From the IMG/VR virus record IMGVR_UViG_3300031920_000103, positions 10,694 to 74,693 of that record: a stretch of 64,000 nucleotides of DNA; one strand, written 5' to 3'. Both the position numbers and the translations under genes were made by a program. Origin of the DNA: a virus. Below the pieces are notes generated by a model, which was given only the letters and a program-made list of their open reading frames with translations, made no database searches and was not told where the DNA came from. The stretch's first letter is position 1, and each line of letters opens with the position of its first letter. Shown here one piece after another: positions 16,857 through 25,806 of this stretch.

Positions 16857-17474
16857 CTATTCTGATTTCATCCTCGCGATAATTGCTGCGGCGCACTCGT
16901 CGTTGTGTGCCGACTTTTGGAACCCCGGCGTGCTGCGAAAAGACGACGCCTCGCTGACACTCGGTGAGATTTTGCGGTAGGTCAGCACGCACCCCTCGTT
17001 GCCGTCTATGACCGTCGCGCGCTCTTGTTGCCAACCATCGTCGACGGGCGTTGCCATCGCGTGCGCGGGCAAGTGGATGCCCTTAGCGGGCCGGTTAAAT
17101 TGCCCCGCTGCGCTATCGATGATCATGCCGTTCGCGATCCCGACAACGTGCCCACTAAACCCGCCGTCGTCGTCGACACCGGGGCCAACACCGACTGACC
17201 AACCGCCTTGCTCGCACCATTCGTGCATCTCGCGTTCGCTAGGGTACCGCTGCACCGCTTCCATGCGCGCCCAAAATTCGGCGTTGAACCCGGTAAAGAT
17301 CGCGGCGCATGGGAACACACGCACGCCAAACTCGGCCAACACGTCGACCGCAACACGCGTGCCGTTGATACAACAATCGGGGCGGAAGTGATCGAGCATG
17401 ATTGCATTCGCCGCGCTGACGTACTTTGCGATCGTACGCGCTGCGCCCCCGCGCTTTGGCTTGCGCTTACCCAT
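16857..17474 (-). CDS. Hypothetical protein with possible transglutaminase-like Cys-His-Asp triad
   Basis: DCCING...SGHVV...IIDSAAGQF spacing. Confidence 0.6.
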   Translation of the reverse strand: MGKRKPKRGGAARTIAKYVSAANAIMLDHFRPDCCINGTRVAVDVLAEFGVRVFPCAAIFTGFNAEFWARMEAVQRYPSEREMHEWCEQGGWSVGVGPGVDDDGGFSGHVVGIANGMIIDSAAGQFNRPAKGIHLPAHAMATPVDDGWQQERATVIDGNEGCVLTYRKISPSVSEASSFRSTPGFQKSAHNDECAAAIIARMKSE

Positions 17475-17694
17475 TTGCAAGCTCGTGCATACGCGCGTAC
17501 ATGAGGTCGATCGCGGAGTCAGACGAATCGCGAACGTGTGACCAATCCCAAAGCAGATCGGGGTTTTTGGTTTTGCCGAACCCGTCCGCGTGGCTGCGAA
17601 CTTCGAGCGACTGCGCGTTGGTGAGCGCGCCGTACTTGGCTCCGTTAAAGTGGAGCACTTCGTAAATTTCTGCGAATTTGGTTTGTGGTGTCAT
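17467..17694 (-). CDS. Hypothetical protein
   Basis: ATG 9 nt after a -10 box. Confidence 0.6.
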   Translation of the reverse strand: MTPQTKFAEIYEVLHFNGAKYGALTNAQSLEVRSHADGFGKTKNPDLLWDWSHVRDSSDSAIDLMYARMHELANG

Positions 17695-17703
17695 GCTGTG
17701 TTT

Positions 17704-17733
17704 ATCCTATCCCGATAAAGTGTGGTCAGTCAA
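17704..17733 (-). promoter_or_regulatory. sigma70-type promoter
   Basis: TTGACT-N18-TAGGAT. Confidence 0.7.
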
Positions 17734-18063
17734 TTAGTAAAACGCTGACGCGTCGCGGGCTTGCGCGTACCCTTGATCGAACTCGGCGCATTCGCGATCG
17801 TACCCTGCGTCGAGTTCGTCTTGCGTAGGTTCGCCGTAGAGTGCGGTTAGCTCGTCGTCGTCTAGTTCTGCGACGCGCAACACCACAACGTCGGTGCCGT
17901 ACTCGTTTGCCCAAGTCGTCGCGCTGCACACAGCGTCGTCGTGACCGCAGCACTCAAGCCAATAGTCGCGCACAAACTCGCCGTCGCGAACCTCGACCAC
18001 GTGGGCGAGTTGACCGCTTACTGATACCACGCTGTCTAGCGTGTTTTGTTTTGCGTTGTTCAT
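17734..18063 (-). CDS. Hypothetical acidic protein
   Basis: ATG 6 nt after a -10 box. Confidence 0.65.
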   Translation of the reverse strand: MNNAKQNTLDSVVSVSGQLAHVVEVRDGEFVRDYWLECCGHDDAVCSATTWANEYGTDVVVLRVAELDDDELTALYGEPTQDELDAGYDRECAEFDQGYAQARDASAFY

Positions 18064-18069
18064 GCTTTT

Positions 18070-18098
18070 ATCTTATCCCTAGAAAGCTAGGAGGGCAA
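18070..18098 (-). promoter_or_regulatory. sigma70-type promoter
   Basis: TTGCCC-N17-TAAGAT. The spacer contains a CCTAG/CTAGG inverted repeat. Confidence 0.65.
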
Positions 18099-18124
18099 GA
18101 CTTTTCTTGCCCTCGTGGTGATCC

Positions 18125-18397
18125 CTACAGCGAGTAGAGTTCACGGACTTTTGGGTGTAGTGCGTCGAGTGCTTTTTGGTTTACTGCGCAGCACTCGCCG
18201 TCTGACCATCCGAGCCCTTTTTTCGTGAGGCTGCTAAGCACGCCGCCAAGGCGGTTTTCTTCGATCCCTGCGTCGCCTACGATGTACTCGACCCAAACAG
18301 GTTGGTCGATCCCGGCTTCGGGGGCAGAGTCGCGGCACTCGTTGGATAGGATTGCGACGATTACGAGTGTTTCGAGTGCGGTGATTGTGTTGTTCAT
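18125..18397 (-). CDS. Hypothetical wHTH-like protein
   Basis: ATG 18397 lies 7 nt after TATAAT; RLGGVLSSLTKKGL wHTH-like segment. Confidence 0.6.
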   Translation of the reverse strand: MNNTITALETLVIVAILSNECRDSAPEAGIDQPVWVEYIVGDAGIEENRLGGVLSSLTKKGLGWSDGECCAVNQKALDALHPKVRELYSL

Positions 18398-18404
18398 GTT
18401 ATCT

Positions 18405-18432
18405 ATTATACGGATTATTCGTGAACTGTAAA
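18405..18432 (-). promoter_or_regulatory. sigma70-type promoter
   Basis: TTTACA-N16-TATAAT. Confidence 0.75.
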
Positions 18433-18744
18433 CCACCATTTGCATTTAAAATGGAAACCGTAGGGATCCCGTGGTGTTACCCGCGAGATCCCCCCGCCTC
18501 TAGCAGTGCTGCGCTATGAAGTGCTCGATCGGGCTGACCTCGACGACAACCGCAGCGGCTACCGCTGCGCGCCCTGCGTCGGATAGCGAAAGCCAGTAGT
18601 CGGTTTCGCGGTTGATTTCTTCGGGGCTCTCGTGGACAAGTCCGCGCGTGATTAGGCTAGCTAGTGCCGCCTCGCCGTGGTACCCGGTGACAACCCAACG
18701 CCGGGCCTTTCCGGGGGAGATCCCAGGTTCGGCTCGGGTGTGAT

Positions 18745-19029
18745 CTACCGGGGGGTATCGGGCGAGATCTCGTCGAAATCGTCGTTGTCGCGCAAATTGC
18801 GGTAAAAAACGCGGGCCTCTGCGGTGCTTTTGACGTAGCGCACGTCAGGGGGCTCGCCGTCAGCTTCCCACCAAATTTCTACCTTATCGCCGGGGATCGG
18901 GCGGAAGTGCACAATGTCTGTATCGTGCGGGTTGCGCAACCTGTGGGCGTTTACGAGCTTTGCGAGTCTCGCGTTGATCTCTGCGCAGTAGCGGGCTAGC
19001 TCTCGTCGGTCTGATTCGGCTCGTGTCAT
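18745..19029 (-). CDS. Hypothetical protein
   Basis: ATG 19029 preceded by GAAAGG. Confidence 0.55.
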   Translation of the reverse strand: MTRAESDRRELARYCAEINARLAKLVNAHRLRNPHDTDIVHFRPIPGDKVEIWWEADGEPPDVRYVKSTAEARVFYRNLRDNDDFDEISPDTPR

Positions 19030-19040
19030 GGTGCACCTTT

Positions 19041-19286
19041 CTAGCGTGTGTAGGTGAATGCCCAGCCGGGGCCAGACGTAGGGTTTTGGGTTGCCGCGAC
19101 CGCTTCCGCTGCGGGTACGTCGGCCCATGCCGGGGCACAAGCGGCGTGCGCTAGCTCGATGTAGTCAAGGTCGCCCTCGAAATCGTAAACAAAGTTGTCT
19201 CCGAGCGCGTCGCCCTCAAAGAGCATTTTCTCGCAGATTGCACAGAGGCAAATCGACTTGGCTGCGGTTGCGGTGTTGTTGTTCAT
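19041..19286 (-). CDS. Small Zn-finger-like hypothetical protein
   Basis: CLCAIC...HAAC; ATG 7 nt after TATAAT. Confidence 0.55.
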   Translation of the reverse strand: MNNNTATAAKSICLCAICEKMLFEGDALGDNFVYDFEGDLDYIELAHAACAPAWADVPAAEAVAATQNPTSGPGWAFTYTR

Positions 19287-19293
19287 GGTTTCT

Positions 19294-19321
19294 ATTATAA
19301 CCATTATTCGCAGACTGTAAA
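19294..19321 (-). promoter_or_regulatory. sigma70-type promoter
   Basis: TTTACA-N16-TATAAT, closely similar to 18405-18432 (shared CGAATAAT spacer core). Confidence 0.75.
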
Positions 19322-19499
19322 CCCCTAAAGCGAGAAAGTTTGCAGGGGGGATCTACCCTTGGGGCTGCGGTGCGGCTCTCGCCGTGCTCAAGACCGCGCC
19401 CCCGATACTGTGGGGCCTCAACTGGTGCCCCCTCGGTGGTTGTGTTCGTGTTCGCCTTCCATGCTTACTAGACGCGCAAGGGACACAAGATCTGACAAC

Positions 19500-19712
19500 C
19501 TAACCGCTTTTTGCGATCGCCTCTTCCGCGAGGCGTTTGCAGCGGTTGCCGCAATGCGTTTTTAGCGTGTCGCGTACTTCGAGATCGCCGCAATGCTGAC
19601 ACCACGTTTTCGACCCGAAAATAGAGTGTCGCACTAAATGATCTTTGTGCATTTCGCAACGACGCCCACGCTCGTTTACGTGCGCGCACCGGGTGGACTG
19701 CTCGCCCCTCAT
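19500..19712 (-). CDS. Small Cys/His-rich protein
   Basis: ATG overlaps the HNH stop (ATGA); CAH..RCEMHKDH..CQHC..HCGNRC. Confidence 0.5.
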   Translation of the reverse strand: MRGEQSTRCAHVNERGRRCEMHKDHLVRHSIFGSKTWCQHCGDLEVRDTLKTHCGNRCKRLAEEAIAKSG

Positions 19713-20179
19713 GCCCAATGTTCCCCGCGCACGATGCGCCCGATCTGTGTCCGCGAAATACCGTGTCTGCGTGCTAGGTCGATCTGACGAACGGATCCGC
19801 GTTTGTACTCGCGGCAAATTTTATTCGCTGTGCGCTTTGTTATCCGAGCGTTTCCGTTTTTCTCGCCGCCGTGCTCGCCGCCGTGCTCGCCTGTGTACCC
19901 TCTACCCTTTGCGTGCATGTCGTGATTATTGTCTAGGGTCGTGCCCGCCTTTAGGTGCGATGGTCTAACGCAATGCCGCACGTCGCACTTGTGCATCACG
20001 ACGCGCCCTTTTGGTATGCGGCCTTTGTGATTTGCGTATGAGTATCGGTGCGCGTATTGGTGCCCCTCCCATCTGAATTGCGCGTACCCATTTGGCATTA
20101 GTCGCCCGGTCCAAAGCCAGCAACCGCCTTTTGCTTTTTTGTTCACCTTTGCCAAAAAAGCTCTGTACGATTTTCTCAT
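19709..20179 (-). CDS. Free-standing HNH (His-Me finger) endonuclease with C-terminal HTH
   Basis: CWLWTG...AHRYSY...VMHKCDVRHCVRPSHL..GT..DN..DM..KGR; QIDLARRHGISRTQIGRIV. Confidence 0.88.
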   Translation of the reverse strand: MRKSYRAFLAKVNKKAKGGCWLWTGRLMPNGYAQFRWEGHQYAHRYSYANHKGRIPKGRVVMHKCDVRHCVRPSHLKAGTTLDNNHDMHAKGRGYTGEHGGEHGGEKNGNARITKRTANKICREYKRGSVRQIDLARRHGISRTQIGRIVRGEHWA

Positions 20180-20222
20180 GCCGAATTGTTGATCACCCGC
20201 ACGAGGCAGTCTAGTAAAACAC

Positions 20223-21659
20223 TTACGCACTAGGGATCGTTTGAACCTCATGCCCTTCCTTTAAGTAGGCCCTACGACGCCCTTTGGCGTGCCGCTCGGT
20301 CCACTTGTTGCCCTTGTCGAGAATATCCCAAACCTCGAAAGTCTTTTTCTTGCCTTGGTTCGATCGCATACCGCGACCGATTCGTTGCAACGTTGCGATC
20401 ACGCTCTTGCCACCACTCGCGACGATCACACTTTCGATCTCGGGAACGTCTAGCCCCTCTTGGAAAACTACGGAGCAAACTAGAACGTCGATGTCGCCGC
20501 GCACTAAGCGCTTGCACGATGCGTCGCGCGTTGCTTGCGGTGTTGTTCCCCAAACGAAATCAGCACTGATACCAGATTTCTCTAGCCGCTCTTTTAGCAG
20601 CTTGCCGTGCTTAACCTCTTTGACGAAAATGAGACAAGGCTTCTCGGCTTTGCGTGCGATATCGACGATCACTTTGTTGCGTTTTGGCGAACGCGCGATC
20701 AACTCGCCGTAGGCACCCTGCCAAGTAGGCTTGGCAGACAAACCCTCGCAGTCGACCATTCGGATCTTAGGTCGAGCCAACACCCCGCGCGCTATCAAAA
20801 GATCGGGGCGAACCCTGTAGATAACCGGTCCCGTCGCCGCAATCGTGTAGATACTGCGCCGGTCTCCACGTGCGAGCGGGGTGCCACTCAACGCGACCCG
20901 ATAGTACGCCTGATCAAGTGCCATTGCCACCGACCAAAAGCTCTTAGCGGGCAGCGTGTGCGCCTCATCAAAGATCACGCCGTCGATGCTCTTTACCAGT
21001 CGCGCAAATCTTGGTGTGCCTTGGTTTTTTACGAGCGTTTGAAACGTCGCGCACGTTAGCGCGCCGGGGAACGGGTCAGCCGGATCCCACACTCCGGTAC
21101 CTATGCGCCCCGCTTCCATGCCGTGATGCCCTACCGTGTCGTCGCCCGGATCACCAAAACTTTTACCGCCCGGATACTTGCCGAGTGCGCGCGCGTTGTA
21201 CCGCTTTGCGATGTCGTCGACCAATCCCGCACGGTGCACAACGAATAGCCAGTTGCACGGAAGCGAACGAGTCAGCGCGGGGATGATATCGCCCTTGCCG
21301 CCGCCCGTTGGGATCCAAACGATGCCGCGTGTTCTTTTGCCGATCAGGTCGACCGCCTCTTGTTGATAGTCGCGCAGCCATTCGGTGTTTGCTTTGGGGT
21401 CTACCTCGCAAGGTTTTACGCGTTTGTCGGCTAGCTGTATGTCGATGCCGTCAGTCTTTGCGGCTTCGAGGATCGAGCGCATTAGGCCAGCGGGGAACGT
21501 GTCAGAAAACGAGTCGAGGAAACAAGTTGTCTCGGTCTTAGGTTTTCCGCGCATCCGAAAGCTGACCTCATCAAACGATAAGAACTCCGACAACCACGCG
21601 CGCTCGTCGTCTGTTGCTCTGGCAACGCGTGCGTAGTTGTTAGCGGCTTGGATCCACAC
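20223..21659 (-). CDS. Superfamily 2 DNA helicase (UvsW/type III Res-like)
   Basis: LRDYQ, PTGGGKG, DEAH, SGTP, EGLDVP and QRIGRGMR motifs. Confidence 0.92.
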   Translation of the reverse strand: MWIQAANNYARVARATDDERAWLSEFLSFDEVSFRMRGKPKTETTCFLDSFSDTFPAGLMRSILEAAKTDGIDIQLADKRVKPCEVDPKANTEWLRDYQQEAVDLIGKRTRGIVWIPTGGGKGDIIPALTRSLPCNWLFVVHRAGLVDDIAKRYNARALGKYPGGKSFGDPGDDTVGHHGMEAGRIGTGVWDPADPFPGALTCATFQTLVKNQGTPRFARLVKSIDGVIFDEAHTLPAKSFWSVAMALDQAYYRVALSGTPLARGDRRSIYTIAATGPVIYRVRPDLLIARGVLARPKIRMVDCEGLSAKPTWQGAYGELIARSPKRNKVIVDIARKAEKPCLIFVKEVKHGKLLKERLEKSGISADFVWGTTPQATRDASCKRLVRGDIDVLVCSVVFQEGLDVPEIESVIVASGGKSVIATLQRIGRGMRSNQGKKKTFEVWDILDKGNKWTERHAKGRRRAYLKEGHEVQTIPSA

Positions 21660-21674
21660 TAAGCGCCTCCGGTG

Positions 21675-22049
21675 CTAAGGATTCGCGGGGGTGCGTGTGA
21701 TACCCATTTTGTCGTCGTCTTTTTTGCAGCGTCTCGCATAAGCTAGATCGTCCTCATCAACAAACTGTAATGGCGGGGGCGGGGGTAAACACGCAAAGCA
21801 AACAGGCACCGCGTAGCAGTACCGTTGCACCTCGACAGGCTTAGCGCATTGATTGCAGATTACAGGGTGTTTTGCAAACTCTTCTTTTACGCACTTGCGG
21901 ATCATTTTTTCGAGCATTGCGCGCTCTTGCTCTGGATTGTCGACGATGCAATAGCGCCCTACCTCTGTGCCGTCGTCGAGGTAAACACCGATCGTCGCCT
22001 CGTCGTCGCAAAGCTCGTCGTTGTAGTCGCCGTCAACTTCTACTTTCAT
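21675..22049 (-). CDS. Hypothetical protein with CxxC..CxxC
   Basis: ATG 22049 overlaps the upstream stop. Confidence 0.5.
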   Translation of the reverse strand: MKVEVDGDYNDELCDDEATIGVYLDDGTEVGRYCIVDNPEQERAMLEKMIRKCVKEEFAKHPVICNQCAKPVEVQRYCYAVPVCFACLPPPPPLQFVDEDDLAYARRCKKDDDKMGITRTPANP

Positions 22050-22300
22050 GCCAGCAATCCTTTGATGAGTGCGCGAAACTCGGCCCACGAAAGCGACACG
22101 CCCGAGTCTTGCCACGTTTTCCACGATCTCGATTCGTCCTCGCGGTGTTGGTACGAGATGTCTATGCGGGTTTCGCTCGTGTGTGCGATCACGCGCTCGG
22201 GTCCGCACCCGTCGTTTTCTTCTGACAGCACGATCGTTTTGCTGATAGGGAAACCCACCGATCGCGCCAATCCAAGATAGCCCCCGCGCACGATCGACAC
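22046..22300 (-). CDS. Small protein, possibly PC4/YdbC-like
   Basis: RIDISY...SGVSLSWAEFRALI resembles the PC4 signature. Weak. Confidence 0.4.
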   Translation of the reverse strand: MSIVRGGYLGLARSVGFPISKTIVLSEENDGCGPERVIAHTSETRIDISYQHREDESRSWKTWQDSGVSLSWAEFRALIKGLLA

Positions 22301-22338
22301 TTGCCGTGGTATCGAAACCTGTGCTTGCGCTTTGCCAA

Positions 22339-22560
22339 CTATGCGGGGCCTAGAAACTGATCTGCGGTTGGGCCTAGGAAGGTACGCAGAGACTCGGTAC
22401 TGATGTAGATCGTGCCGCCTACTTTAGTGCTTTCGAGTTTGTCCTTTCGCACCAACTTGTAGATCGATGTCGGGTGGTAGCCGATCAACTCTGCCGCCTC
22501 ACTCGCAAGCATCCATCCTTGCTCTCGCATCATGTCCGCTTGTTTAGTATTTCTTGCCAT
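22339..22560 (-). CDS. Excisionase-like HTH (HTH_17) DNA-binding protein
   Basis: WMLASEAAELIGYHPTSIYKLVRKDKLESTKVGGTIYI. Confidence 0.8.
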   Translation of the reverse strand: MARNTKQADMMREQGWMLASEAAELIGYHPTSIYKLVRKDKLESTKVGGTIYISTESLRTFLGPTADQFLGPA

Positions 22561-22578
22561 GCTGCCAACCTTGCCCGA

Positions 22579-23205
22579 TTACTGAGCACCAATCAAGCTA
22601 AGAAGTCCGGTAGATAGCGGGTTCCCTTTGCCCGCCGCTTTCTTGAGAGCTTTTTTCGCGGCTTGAAATTCTGCCTTGTCCGTAAATTCGATCTCAAGGT
22701 GAAATGGTTTTGCAGGCGCGTCGTCGTCGTCTTGTGACGAATCAGGCAAAGACGCGCCAGTCATCACGTCATCCGGATCGAGCGAAGTTGCAGAAACCAA
22801 GTCGTCTATTTCGTCACGACTGAAACCCGAAAGCGTCAGTAGTTCCGGATCGATACCCTCCTCGATCATATCCGCGAACGCTAACCCGGTATCGTGCAAG
22901 TCGAGCCGGCCGCGTAGGTTGTTCATTGCGATTTGCAGCAAGTCGGCTTTGTCGTGCTCTGGATCTCCTAGCTCGATAACCTTTGCGTCGATCTCGGTTC
23001 GGTCGTTTGCGAGCATCGCTTTAACGCGGTGATGCCCGTCGATAATTTCGTGCCCGCCGTCCTCCATTTCGCGCACTAGAATAGGCTGGAAAAAACCGAC
23101 CTCACGAATCAGATTCGTGAGCGCTTCCAGCTTGTCAGGATCCATGCGGTTGGGGTTGTCCTCGCGCCACCGCAATGCGTCTAGTTTAATTTTCGTTTCG
23201 ATCAT
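22579..23205 (-). CDS. ParB-like N-terminal domain protein
   Basis: NPNRM..GFFQPILVR..EIIDGHHRVKA..AMNNLRG. Confidence 0.85.
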   Translation of the reverse strand: MIETKIKLDALRWREDNPNRMDPDKLEALTNLIREVGFFQPILVREMEDGGHEIIDGHHRVKAMLANDRTEIDAKVIELGDPEHDKADLLQIAMNNLRGRLDLHDTGLAFADMIEEGIDPELLTLSGFSRDEIDDLVSATSLDPDDVMTGASLPDSSQDDDDAPAKPFHLEIEFTDKAEFQAAKKALKKAAGKGNPLSTGLLSLIGAQ

Positions 23206-23767
23206 CCCGTCTCCATAACCGGAAAAGTTCGCAGTCGTTAGCAACTGCGCGCCTTGCCTTACGCGTTACATCGTACACCGTGGCAACCGGCACACCAAAC
23301 GCCGCCGCCACCTCACTAGCTTTGCGCTCCTCGACAATGCACGATTCTGCGATGTCGCCACCGTCGATCGCGTTGAACACCGCCGCGAGCCTCTGCGCTA
23401 CCTCACGCCCCCACCGCCGCCGATCTAGTTCGCCGCCCGTGTCAGAGTCTTGCCCGCATAGCCTCTGCGCTGACTCTTCGTGCGCCGCAACGTGTTGCAG
23501 CGCGAACAACTCGCCGCGCTCTCTGCGCGGTGCGCTTAGCTGCGAAACGCTCGCAAGCACAAACGGTTGCAGCGCGTACTTTGCGACGCTGTAGCAGTAG
23601 CCGCGCACGTCGCAAAGGTCAGGATCGTATCGCGGCTCAGCGTCAACAACTGCGGCCCATGCCTCTTGCGTAAGGTCGCTAGGGTCAGTCGAAAAGTATC
23701 GGCGTGAATAGAACCCGACGACACGATCGATCGCATCTTTCGCCTCGTTGTAAAAGTGATCATCCAC
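23186..23767 (-). CDS. Phage sigma70/ECF-like RNA polymerase sigma factor
   Basis: Region 2-like DLTQEAW...YDP and region 4 HTH ASEVAAAFGVPVATVYDVTRKARR. Confidence 0.7.
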   Translation of the reverse strand: MDDHFYNEAKDAIDRVVGFYSRRYFSTDPSDLTQEAWAAVVDAEPRYDPDLCDVRGYCYSVAKYALQPFVLASVSQLSAPRRERGELFALQHVAAHEESAQRLCGQDSDTGGELDRRRWGREVAQRLAAVFNAIDGGDIAESCIVEERKASEVAAAFGVPVATVYDVTRKARRAVANDCELFRLWRRDDRNEN

Positions 23768-24137
23768 CGGATTTTGCCGCCTTGATCGCTTTGTAGTACG
23801 CCTCGAATCGCTTGAGCCCGATCAGGTCGATGCCTACCGACTCGGCATAGGTCGCGAGCATGTCAGGGCTCCAAGTGCCGCCACCGGTCAGGCGGTACTT
23901 TACGGACTGCACAACGCCGGCAGGTTTAACCGCGCCGCGATAATCCTCGTACCTGAAACTGTCGTGCGCGTACGCGAACACGATTTGCTTGCCGTTGCCC
24001 GATACCATAGCCACAACGTCTTGTTTGCCTAGTTCGAGTTTGTTCTTTTTCAAAACGCGGTTTAAATTTGTCCACTCGGAACAACGGAAATCGCAGTGCC
24101 CGATCAAAACGAGTCTGCCTTGTATTGCTGCTTTCAT
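23760..24137 (-). CDS. Hypothetical protein, weakly IS66 TnpB(Orf2)-like
   Basis: ATG 24137 after AGGA; DFR..VVAMVSGNGKQIVF..YRL.GG.W.P. Confidence 0.5.
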   Translation of the reverse strand: MKAAIQGRLVLIGHCDFRCSEWTNLNRVLKKNKLELGKQDVVAMVSGNGKQIVFAYAHDSFRYEDYRGAVKPAGVVQSVKYRLTGGGTWSPDMLATYAESVGIDLIGLKRFEAYYKAIKAAKSGG

Positions 24138-24356
24138 GATCCTGTTTCCTCGGTTGTTAGTAGGTGCCGCAAATATGTTCGGCCTTCGGCATAAATGGGT
24201 TGCTCGCGGGTTTGATTGCCGACGTACCGCACACCGTTTTTTCTGCGGTTGTTGTTCCGTTGCGCACGAAATGGAATTGGTTGATCGATCGATCAAACGA
24301 GTAAAAGAATCCGCCTAGCGCGTGTATAGCTAGCACTGCGTCGCGCATTGCTTCGC

Positions 24357-24536
24357 TCACTTGGATCGCCGCTTCTCCTCGTGGATTGCGATCTGCAACG
24401 CCGTGCTCTCGTTGCCGGTCTTGAGTAGCCAAGCCTTGTACTCTTCGGGCGAGAGGTTCTGCTCTTGCTCTGCTTTTCCCTTTAACGCTTTGCGCACCTC
24501 CGCAAAGCGGGCTTCGAGATCTTCCAAGTGGATCAT
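24357..24536 (-). CDS. 59-aa helical hypothetical protein
   Basis: ATG overlaps the upstream TGA. Confidence 0.5.
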   Translation of the reverse strand: MIHLEDLEARFAEVRKALKGKAEQEQNLSPEEYKAWLLKTGNESTALQIAIHEEKRRSK

Positions 24537-25117
24537 GATTGCGCCCTGTACGCGGTCAGCATTTTCTGCACGAGTTCGATCACAGTGATGCCCTCCGCCA
24601 TTGCCGCGCCTCTTAGCAGCCAAAGCGTCTCGCCGTCCGTGTCGGGCATTCCCATTGCGGATAGCGAGAGCGCGCGCTGTGCGTCGTCTAGCCCCGCCGC
24701 TTTTGTGTCGACGCCGTTTGCCCCTTGCGCTGCGGCTTTGCGTTTTTTGATGTCGGCTTGTGCCTTGACTTGTTTTGCGCTCATGCAAGCGCGGCACTGG
24801 TGCATAAAACCGTCTTTGCTTTTTACGTTGTTACCAAAGTTTTTTGCGCTGATCGTTTTCTGCTTTGCGCACGGGCCTGTGCACGTCTTGCGCTTGCCCG
24901 TGCCTTGTGGCTCTTTAGCGCGCTTGTCGCCCTTCATGCGGGTGTGCGCGTTGCTAGGTGACATTCCGAAATGCTCGCCTATCTGCCGATAGGTCTTGCC
25001 CTCTTCGAGCATCTTTGCGGCTAGCGGTTTGCTGAATTCTTTTTTTGCTCTTGCCATTGGGATCCTTTCTACTGCGATAGTCGCCAAATCGACTCGATCG
25101 ATTTTTGCGTTGCTCAA
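24533..25117 (-). CDS. HTH plus Zn-ribbon DNA-binding protein
   Basis: KTYRQIGEHFGMSPSNAH HTH; CTGPC...CRAC. Confidence 0.7.
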   Translation of the reverse strand: MSNAKIDRVDLATIAVERIPMARAKKEFSKPLAAKMLEEGKTYRQIGEHFGMSPSNAHTRMKGDKRAKEPQGTGKRKTCTGPCAKQKTISAKNFGNNVKSKDGFMHQCRACMSAKQVKAQADIKKRKAAAQGANGVDTKAAGLDDAQRALSLSAMGMPDTDGETLWLLRGAAMAEGITVIELVQKMLTAYRAQS

Positions 25118-25147
25118 AGTTCGTCTTTCGATTTGTGGTAGAGGCTA

Positions 25148-25175
25148 AGCATACCACACTGGCAAAAGAAGACAA
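25148..25175 (-). promoter_or_regulatory. Promoter family B, copy 1
   Basis: TTGTCT-N16-TATGCT, spacer ends in TTTGCCAGTGTGG (extended -10 TG). Confidence 0.65.
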
Positions 25176-25192
25176 CACTAAATCGCCACCGC

Positions 25193-25705
25193 TCAACGAA
25201 GATCGCCGGTGTTTACGAAGTGGCGCAGCACAGGCAACAACTCGCGCACCATGTCGCGCGTTAGGTGCATCCGTGTCGAGAGGCTAACCTCTTTGGGTAT
25301 CTTGAACTCGACCCAACCGCTGCCGCCCTCTGGCGTGTCCGACGCCATGATCTGCGGGGTCGGGTCGTCGATGCCGAACCAAATGCAGTCGTCGCCAGCG
25401 AGTGATGATTTTTGGATCGAGCATTCTTTTTCGTAGCGGTCGCGAAATTCGCCGCTCGCAAAGCCTCGTTGCGTTTCGCCCATGTTGACCGGGAACCCGT
25501 GCGCCGCTAGCGAGTATCCCGCCATGACCTCAACCGACGCCGGCTCGCTGCTCTTGCAATTCCCCTCTTGCCATTCGTCGATCTGCCGTTGGTGGTCTGC
25601 CGCCAGATCCGTCGCCATCTCGTTGCCCGGAACTTGCGCCAACGCGTACAACTCGATCCCCTCTTTGCGGAACTCTTCCCGCCTCTTTGCTGTGAATTTT
25701 CCCAT
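25193..25705 (-). CDS. Hypothetical protein
   Basis: ORF with an AAGGA RBS. Confidence 0.6.
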   Translation of the reverse strand: MGKFTAKRREEFRKEGIELYALAQVPGNEMATDLAADHQRQIDEWQEGNCKSSEPASVEVMAGYSLAAHGFPVNMGETQRGFASGEFRDRYEKECSIQKSSLAGDDCIWFGIDDPTPQIMASDTPEGGSGWVEFKIPKEVSLSTRMHLTRDMVRELLPVLRHFVNTGDLR

Positions 25706-25806
25706 CGCTTTTAATTTCCTTGATGTCGTTTTTGATTGTTAGGAGGTAGTAAAAAATGTTCGCCGCCCCGCACGGTAGTGCGAGGGCGACAAGCCAATCA
25801 GGCACG

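Noticed and set aside
22339-22560. Excisionase implying an integration module
   Set aside because: No integrase or att-like repeat in the window. A generic HTH regulator is equally likely.
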